Shown in pieces: positions 55,560 to 64,000 of a stretch of 64,000 bases of DNA; positions within the stretch are counted from its first letter, which is position 1; each line of letters starts with the position of its first letter. Below the pieces are notes generated by a model. That model did no database searches. It was not told the origin of the DNA and was given only the letters and a program-made list of their open reading frames with translations. The stretch lies in NCBI RefSeq assembly GCF_009914755.1, contig NC_060928.1; one strand, given 5' to 3'. The translations under genes and the position numbers were made by a program. The stretch is from the human T2T-CHM13v2.0 reference genome, Homo sapiens.

Positions 55560-56100
55560 TTAGAATAATATACATTATCTAATTCTGTCTTAACCATCTC
55601 TAATCAATTCTCTAAACTTCTACCAAAGTCTCCCAGGGTATGTCTATGTCCTACTGATTAAATTGTTCTCCATTGTTTTCAAGATAAAATTCAAGTTGCT
55701 GGAGCACACCATTCAGGGGTTTTCATCATCTGACCTCTGTCTGCATCTTTTCTTGTTTCCTGTCATTTTTCCTACCTATATTCTGTTGCCCAAATGATCA
55801 CAGTCACTCACCTCTCTGTGTGTTTTCACATATCATTTTCTCAACCTAAAATATCCTTCCTCCTTATTTTAACCAAATTTAATCCTAATCATCTTTCAAG
55901 ATTTAACTAAGAATCACTTCTTCCTAGAAGCTTTTATGAACCACTTCTCCCATCCCCTCTCTGATGTTCTTTCCAGTTCCAGCTCCCTCACTGACATACA
56001 CATAGCAACCCTTAAAACACCAAAAGCCAACAGATTGCAACACAGGAAAATTATCCACTGACCTGAATTAGTCAATGCCAAATCTATTCTTGCTTTGGCT
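55560..56100 (+). mobile_element. L2 fragment
   Basis: 'aagataaaattcaagtt','catctttcaagatttaact...cacttcttcctagaagctt'. Confidence 0.55.
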
Positions 56101-56117
56101 TTCCTCTCAGATAATTC

Positions 56118-56120
<3 letters not shown>

Positions 56121-56161
<41 letters not shown>

Positions 56162-56215
56162 CGTGTATGTGTGTGTATATATATATGTATATTCATATGT
56201 ACATATATATATATG
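56121..56215. repeat. (TG)n(CG)n(TA)n alternating purine-pyrimidine tract
   Basis: Direct reading. Confidence 0.95.
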
Positions 56216-57315
56216 TGCTTTACGTTGGGTAGGAACAGAGTGTGGCTCTGGTGGTGAAGAAAGAGGTTCTCTAGGGGCCACCTATGTCAGCATGAGCAGC
56301 ATCAGGCCCCCATGCACTGCCTACCTACTCTTGTGGCCTGGAGTCAGACTGGCGTCCCAGATGAACATTTTAACAAGCAGAGCAGGAAAGAGGATCTGAG
56401 CATTTGGAAGCACTTGCTTGGTTTTTATTTTTGGAGCAAAATACTCTATCACTCCAGGAGAGGGAGGAATGTGCCTTGTTTTTAGATAGCAGGCTGTTAA
56501 GATAGCCAAAGACTAAAATGCAAAATGGGAAGAGAAGAAAAGATTTTAAGTGTCTGCCAAATAGAAATGAATTTGGTCATCCTCTGCTACTTTCCATTTT
56601 GTTTTGAAACTGACTGAAACTTTTTTGGTTAAGGAGGGACCTTCCTAAGTGAGCAGAAAATTTGGTGTTTTGGTTATGGAAGAGTCTGCCTAAAAGGACT
56701 GAAAGTTACTTTACCATTTCTAAATAATTTACCATATCACTCTATCATATCAAAAATCAGTCTAAATATTATGTTATTGAGGATTGATTTTTTTCTATTT
56801 AGGAGTGAGTTTTCTTTGTAGTCTTTGAAAATGCAAAGGTGGAGGGTCAGAGAATAATAATAAATTGAATAACATTACTTTCCTTCCCCCATCTAAGCCT
56901 CGTCGGCCTTCAACTGATAGTGTGTGCTGCCCACAAAATCCATAAATATCCTCCTGGAATGGGTTTATTCACAGTGTAAGGACACTTTGTGAAATATGCA
57001 ACATTAGTCTATGTGCTGATTAAAATAATCTTCCTAAGTTTTAATTTTTCAGAGCATCAGGCAGAACACATTCTTGATGTACAAAGGACTACCTGAATGT
57101 TCTTCTGAAATCAGTTACTAGGAAAATAACTTTAATTGCATTCAGGAAGGATTTTCACCTATGGTAATTTTTACAAGTCATTTATAAATCCATTGAATTG
57201 TATTATCTGATTATTTTATTATTGAAAGTCAGTTGGAAATGTTTGAAAAGGGACAATAAAATAGTATATAATACTCCCTAAAATTTTAGAATGTTAGTAT
57301 TACAACCTTCTACAT

Positions 57316-57535
57316 CAAGCTTGTCCAGCCCATGGCCCACAGGCTGCATGTGGCACAGGATGGCTTTGAATGTGGCCCAAGACAAATTCATAGACTTTCC
57401 AAAAACATTGTGAGATTTTTTGTGATTTTTTTAATCCCATCAGCTATCATTGCATTCATATATTTTATGTGTGGCCCAAGACAATTATTCTTCTTCCAAT
57501 GTGGCCCAGGGACGCCAAAAGATTAGACACCCCTG
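57316..57535. mobile_element. MER30 (hAT-Charlie)
   Basis: 'ggatggctttgaatgtggcccaa...aaaagattagacacccctg', near-perfect 8-bp TSD (t/c)tctacat. Confidence 0.9.
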
Positions 57536-58279
57536 CTCTACATGATCCTACAATTTATTTTTGCCATTCACTTTTTGTTTCCTCCTCTCTGCAAGTAGAA
57601 TCAGATAAGTGGAAATATGGAGTAGTGGTGGACATACTGTTAGTATCAGGTTTGAGATATGAATAATTATGAGAAGATGTGGAGTGTTGAAGGGGACAGC
57701 AATTCTAATACCACGCTGGTATTCAACCAGCACGGCAATGGATAGAAGTAAAACGTGAGCATGCTTGAAAGGAAAGAATCATATTTGGGGCCATGTTTCC
57801 TTTAGCAAATTTTCATCTTCTTGTGCAACCTACTTCCACAGAGATAATTAGTACAACCTCACTTACAGATACATATATATATCTATAAAAAATTCCAGAA
57901 TCATTGAAAGTCACACAGCAGATCCAGGACTCAAGTTTCCTGGGCTTTTTCTATTACGTCATATTTTCTCATTAATCCATGTTTTTCTCAAAGAAAGAAC
58001 CATGGCAGGATAATGAAAATAAATATAATTTTAAAGAAACTTTTATTTTCCTATTGTTCAAATTCAGAATGTTCTCTCAGACCAATAATTGAAATCCAGA
58101 ACATTCTCTCACAGTAACAACTGAAATCCAGAATGTTCTTTTAGAGAAATACATCAGAACTCAATATTAGACCACTCAGTGCAATCTTGCTCAAAATATC
58201 TTTGAGCCAGCTAGAGAAAAATTATAACAGGGGAAGAACTTATCTGAGTCCTTCTACAGGGCATATAGAGACAGATCAA

Positions 58280-58951
58280 AATGAACACTCAACATCAGGC
58301 TCTTTAAAAGAATTGAATGGGTATGGTGGACAAAATAAGACATGGCACTATATTGTCCTCTCTCCTTCTCTCTATTTTCTCACTTTCGTACCAGTTACCT
58401 TCTCCTATGGCAGATGTCATGAAAATGATGCTCTTTGGCCATGATTTCATGGCCCTGAGGCCAAGGCTCTGGTCTAGTGAAAATCCAGGGGTCCAGTTGG
58501 ATTTCTGGGTCACTAACATCCACATAGAAAGGATGTGGTATGTCAACTGCACCCACTCTGACTTATCTCCAAGCACATCCGATTCAGCTCTCAGGCCTTC
58601 TGAAACTCCTTGGGCTTCTTTGAGTCCTGAGCCAGGTGTATGCAGCTCTGTGAAGAAGGGCACTGGCTTCTTCTGCAAAGTACCCACACTGTCAATGTTG
58701 GAGGCAATGAGGAACGGACAGTTTGTCCTCCAGGTCCATTACGCGCTCACATGTTCTAGTTTGTCTTCATTCTTCTCTGCTTCAGGTCCGGCATTTCTTT
58801 CTAACAGCTGACCTGTGGCAACTTAAGATGACCACCAGACAGAATCGGCAGGCTTACAGAAAAGTCTTCATCAGCTGCCTCAGTTGCATAATATCTATTC
58901 CCTACAGCAAATCCCTTATTCTATATCACTCATAGTGGTTCTGCTTCCCAT
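58280..58951 (+). mobile_element. ERVL-class LTR, family uncertain
   Basis: Ends 'tagtggttctgcttccc...ccttgactgataca'. Confidence 0.5.
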
Positions 58952-58959
58952 ATTGATCC

Positions 58960-59645
58960 TTGACTGATACAGGATCATGTCCAGGGAACAGGACTGCACC
59001 CTAGTCAAGGAACTGATGACAAGTCTCTGGTTAAATTTAAGAAATGTTATTGACCAGTGATTACTATATGCCTTGTGTTTTCCCCTTTTGAACAAGAATG
59101 ACTTTTGTGGTTCTTCTCCAGCTGGCCCACCATTGTGTGTGGGGAATAGATATTCATCTCCTTAAGTCACGTAACTTTATATTAAGAAGAACCACACTTG
59201 AGGAACACATGAGGAACCATTTCACATGAGGATCTGATTAGATGATGAGATCCTGGACTTTAAACCTGAGCCTGCTGATGTGAGTGAGATGAAATTCAGA
59301 GTTTTGGGAAAGGGATGAGAGGATTTTGCATGTGAAAGGACTTGATGCATTGTGGTCCAGATGGCACACTACCATAGCTAGTCTCCAAGAGTGTCTCCCC
59401 ATGAACTGCACCTTCACATATTCATGTCCTTGTGTAGTGCCCCCTTTGAATCTTGGCTAGCTCTGTGACTCAATTTTGACTGAGTATAGCCGAAGTGATG
59501 CTACAGTGACATGACTTCTGAGTCATGAAGCCGATTCTGCCTTGTTCTCCTGGAAAACTCGCACTGGGGAAGACAGATGCCATGTAAGAATTTTGACTCC
59601 TCGGAAACTACAATGCTGTGAGAAAGCTCAATACCTTTCCAGCTC
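58960..59645. mobile_element. MLT1/ERVL LTR fragments
   Basis: 'tcatgtccttgtgtagtgcccc','ctctgtgactcaattttgac','atgctgtgagaaagctcaa'. Confidence 0.5.
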
Positions 59646-60723
59646 CTCAGAGAAAGTAAAGGAAGCAAACCACGCTCATAATAGAATGGTTCCTTGCTGG
59701 GCCTATTCTTGCTGGGAAGTACACCCTAAAGCGTTGTATTCAGCTGCATGGACAGTGTCTTTGTCTCCCTCCTCTCTGTACTGTTTTCTGTATTTTTACT
59801 TTCAGTCTCCCTTCACTGCAATTTATTATACACATCATTATTAAATTATCTAACAATTATATTATTTATGTTATCTTACTATTAAATAACTCTTCAAAGA
59901 GCCCCATTATACATGAAGATAAAGTCTAAAATCTTTCATCCATCTTTCATCTCTATTTCCATCTGCATTTTCTGCTACCCTATAGAATGAATTTCCCCAC
60001 TCCATGCCATGGTATCACCACCGTATGGGTTTGCTTACCAGGCCCTCTGAAAAGAAAATTTTCCATCCTTCCATTAACCTATATACCCATCCTTCAATGC
60101 CCAACTTAAATCCTACCTCCTGCATGGAGTTTTCTAGTCTCTCTTTCTTCTCTGACTTTCTGTCATACTTTCTAGAGGAATCTTAATTATATTTCTCTAC
60201 ATATTTTACTCCATAATGATGATTATCTTGAGAAAAAATACTATGTGTTATTCCTCTTCATATTTCTCCAAAGAAAAGTACCCATTGGATTGGTAAATTT
60301 ATTTACTTTTTCTCTTTTCTATTCCTAAATAGTTTAAGAGAAAATGAATTGTTTCAAACCATATTGAAGCAATCATACTGACAGCTTTCAATGAAATTTT
60401 TAGTAAAACTATTGCTATTACTGGTATTCACACTCAAGAGGTGACTAAGGAGTAATTATACCTAATCTTTATAAGCATGAAAATCTCCTTTTAATTGAAA
60501 ATATTATGAAATCCCTTGATGCTAGTGAATGCATTTTGACACAATAAATAACTTATAGCTATTCCACATTCCAAGATACTTTCAAATGAATTCAAATTTT
60601 ATTAACACAGCAGCATATAAAACATTAAAAATTATATTACAAATCTCTGTGGCATATGCTATTTATTTATTTTTGTTAATAGTTTTTGAAGTAAACATAA
60701 ATTCTGGAGCAACTTGCAATAAC

Positions 60724-62622
60724 CTCATTTCCCCAGTTTTGCACTCTTCTACTCGCATTTGATATCTCTTAATGGATTTTTTTCAAGAAGCATGACTGTT
60801 CTTCTTAATATCACCCTAGAAAAGTTCAGCTTAATTTGGCAACAACCTAGATGCTCAGAAATAGAGAAATTATTATGTAATTATATAAGCTCATCCAATT
60901 ATTATGAACAAAGGAATATCATGTTAAATATTTAAAATAATGTATAAAAGTTATTTTTGTAATGTTCCATAAAAAGTTGTGTGTATAATATGAACACAGA
61001 TATTTTTAAAAACTATGTATGGAGAATAAAGATTACATATTAGTTTTTTGACTTCCTTAATGAAGTTTTGGGTAATGTTCTTTTTAAATCTACATTTTTA
61101 AATGTTCTATAATGAACATATATTCTGGGTTTACCGAAAACAAAGTAATATATTTAAATTATTTTTTTTAATTCAGAGATATCACTCAAACCTTCTTACT
61201 TTGTGGCTCTACCAGTCATTGATAATCTTAGTCCCAGAAACTATTCATTCAGGTCGCCTAAATTACCGTTAAAGAAAATAGGCTTGCTAAACATATTGAT
61301 TATCTAAGGTAGTATTTTTAAAAGCTATACTATATACAATATATCATGCACTTCACTTCTTATATTTTATGATTTTGTGAACAAGCCTGGATTTCACCTC
61401 ACCATAGATTTGGCAGGTTTAAGGATTTGATCATATTCCCTCTTAGTTTTTGTGTTTCTAGCCTAAGACATCCAAATTTCTTTAATCGATGTTCATACAG
61501 AAACCCCTTGATCATTTCACTTATTTTTCTGCGGAATTCTTCCAGGTCTATTTTCTCTGAGGAGTAGTGACCAAGAGAATATAGAATATTCCAGTTCTTA
61601 TACAATCACAGGGTGATGTTTTCTGATTTGCTTCCAGTTTTCTCAATGAGAAACACAATTGGTTTAGTGCCTTGGGGAGGAGATTCACGTTATTCCAAAA
61701 TCAATTTTGAGGTATAATTAACACCATAAGGCCATCAGTTCTGCACTTCTTTTTTTCTTTGAATAGATATCTTACACCTATATATACATTAAAAGTTCAC
61801 CTGTCATTGTTTTACATTCATAACTGAGAATTCATCATTAAACGTATTCCCCATGAACTGAGTATCTCTTCTAGTCAAAATAGTGGTGTTAAATTCTGTT
61901 AGCGATTTTATTATTCAGATAATTTACTAACCTATATATAATTTAAAAGCATTCTTTAGAGGATGTCCCCATTACCATCTTCCAGTTAGGAAAGTGCTTA
62001 TTTATGCTAACCATTTGTTCCCTGTCTTTAAGTGCTTAAACCACAATAAAAACATTTTTTCCCAATGCCATGTTAATTATTAAAAAAAGTTTCCTCTGAC
62101 ATTTTGTCTTACATGTAATAGTTTATTATTACGGTGTGTATTAAAGTAATCTGACCATGTATTACAGATTCCAACAACTTGTTATGCATCCTACTGAAAG
62201 TCATTTTTATACTTTCATACTGAAAGAACTTAAATTCAAAGGACTCAAACTGAGAGATTTTCACTAGTCCCTTACAGTTGCTTATTAGAAAGCCTTTTCC
62301 CTCATAACACAGTGTATTCTGAATCTCCGTGATTCTGGAATGAATTACAGTATATTTGGAGGACATTCCTTCTTAATCCTCTTCTTACAGCTGCCTTTTT
62401 CTGTTTTATTTTTTCCTTTGGTTTGTTTATATTTTTTCTAAATGATTAAGTATGAAAATTATCCATGATTTACAAAAGACAAAGATGTAAGTATCCATGT
62501 GATTATAGATACAGGAAAATAATCAGAATATATTTTTAAGTGAATATACCACAAAATTCCATCAAATCTATGATCGAAATAATTGTAACTCACCTTGTGG
62601 CAAGAAAGGAAAGGTCTCAGTT
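60724..62622 (-). pseudogene. Exon-like segments: to 62594, 62334-62276, 62190-62113, 61257-61200, 60815-60724
   Basis: Donors AAG|gtgagt, gtaagg, gtaaga, gtaaga; phases do not chain cleanly and stops are present. Confidence 0.33.
61399..61605 (-). mobile_element. L3/CR1 LINE ORF2 C-terminal remnant
   Basis: LEEFRRKISEMIKGFLYEHRLKKFGCLRLETQKLRGNMI matches CR1 pattern LExxQRRATxMIKG..YEERLxxLGLxxLExRRLRGDxI. Confidence 0.8.
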
Positions 62623-62669
62623 CTATATTTTACTCTTTAAAATTTGAGAAGAGATGCTTGTATTTTTTT

Positions 62670-64000
62670 AAAAAGTGAACGTTGATCCTTACAGAGCAAT
62701 TTAAACAAAAATTAACCTCACATGTAACATTAGACCTAAATTTAAAACCAAAAACTATAAAATTTCTGGTAAAACATGAGAAAATCTTTTTGAACTACAA
62801 TTAGGTGAAGATTTCTTAGGAAACAATACAGGAGAAAACACAAAAGAAAGAACCGATTTTGGACTTCATTAAAATTTAAAACTTCAAAATATACTGTTAA
62901 GAAAATTAAAAGACAAGCCTTGGGTTGTGATAAAATACTTGTAAGACACGTATCTGGAAAAGGACTTGTACCTAGAATACATATGAGGATGATTACAACT
63001 CAATAATAAGAAAACAACACAACTTTTTTAAATGGGAAAAACATTTTAACAGATACTTCATCAAAGAAATAAGTACATAAAAAGATGCTCACCTCCAATA
63101 TTTATTAGGGAAATTCAAATTATAATCACAATTAGATATCACTGCTCTCCAGAATGGCTGAGATTTCAAAACACTTATCATACCATATGGTGACTTGGAT
63201 GTAGGGCACTCTCATACACTGTTAAGGGAAATGCAAAATCATACAGCCACTTTGGAGAACCGTGTGTCAGTTTCTTCTAAAGTCACATATATCTAACTTA
63301 TCATGTGTTTTAGGATTCTCATTCCTAGGTATTTACTCAAAAGAAATAAAATTATATGCTTCAACAAAGACCTGTGCATAGATATTGTATTAGTCTGCTC
63401 AGACTGTTATAACAAAATACCATAGACTGGCCAGCTTAAACAGTAGAATTTTATTTCTAAGAGTTCTGGAGCCTGAGAGCTTCAAGATCAAGGGGCAGGC
63501 AAGGTAAGTTTCATTATGAGGCCTCTTCTTTTGCCTTGTAGTTGGCTATCTTCTCAATATGTACTCACATGGTAAAGAGAGAAAGCAAGCTATTGGGTGT
63601 CTCTTCCTATAGGGACACTAATCCCATTGTGATGACCCCACCCACAGGACCTCATATAAACTTAATTACCTCCTTAAGGCTCCATTTCCAAAGACCATCG
63701 CTTTAGAGATTGGGGCTTCAACATATAAATTTTGGAGATATATAAACATTGAGTCCACAACAGATAATGTATAATAACTCTGTTAAAATAGCCAACAAAT
63801 GGAAACAACTCAAATATTATTAATTACTGAATGAACAAATTGTGGCATATCTATACAATAAAAGACTGCTTAGCAATAAAAAGAAGTAAATTATTGATAC
63901 ATGCAAAAACATGGGTGAATCTCAAAAAAATAAGCCAGATCCAAAAGGCAACACAGTATGTGATTATATTTACATGACATAGAAAAGTCAAAACTATATT
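62670..64000 (+). mobile_element. Old L1 (L1MB/MC-type) 3' part, split by MLT1A; runs off window
   Basis: 'agacctaaatttaaaacc','ggacttcattaaaatt','atacagccactttggaga','catgggtgaatctcaaa'. Confidence 0.88.
63386..63762 (-). mobile_element. MLT1A-type MaLR LTR
   Basis: TG...CA ends, 'ataacaaaataccatagactgg', TSD gatat/gataa. Confidence 0.88.

Noticed and set aside
58187-58935. Overlapping 127-164 aa ORFs
   Set aside because: Lie within an LTR-like, GC-richer repeat; no protein signal.

Overview
AT-rich, CpG-poor primate (almost certainly human, given a near-consensus AluYa4/Ya5-type insertion) genomic DNA with no intact long CDS; the supplied ORFs are mostly repeat-derived or chance. Roughly half the window is interspersed repeat: five Alus plus a FLAM, several L1 fragments (including a ~7 kb composite at 42.2-49.1 kb), L2, MIR, L3/CR1, MaLR/ERVL LTRs and hAT/Tigger DNA transposons (family calls from recalled consensus, not from a run of RepeatMasker). 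The main unexplained signal lies in the unique DNA between repeats: about 25 short minus-strand segments bounded by pyrimidine-AG acceptors and GT(A/G)AG-type donors, many of which join in compatible reading phase but carry scattered stop codons. This looks like a large multi-exon gene in decay (unitary pseudogene, or a poorly known gene/lncRNA) that I cannot name. Other notable items: a tandemly duplicated exon-like unit with mostly third-position changes, an Alu apparently inserted into one such exon, and a 665-bp non-TE-consensus retro-insertion with a 14-bp TSD inside an L1.
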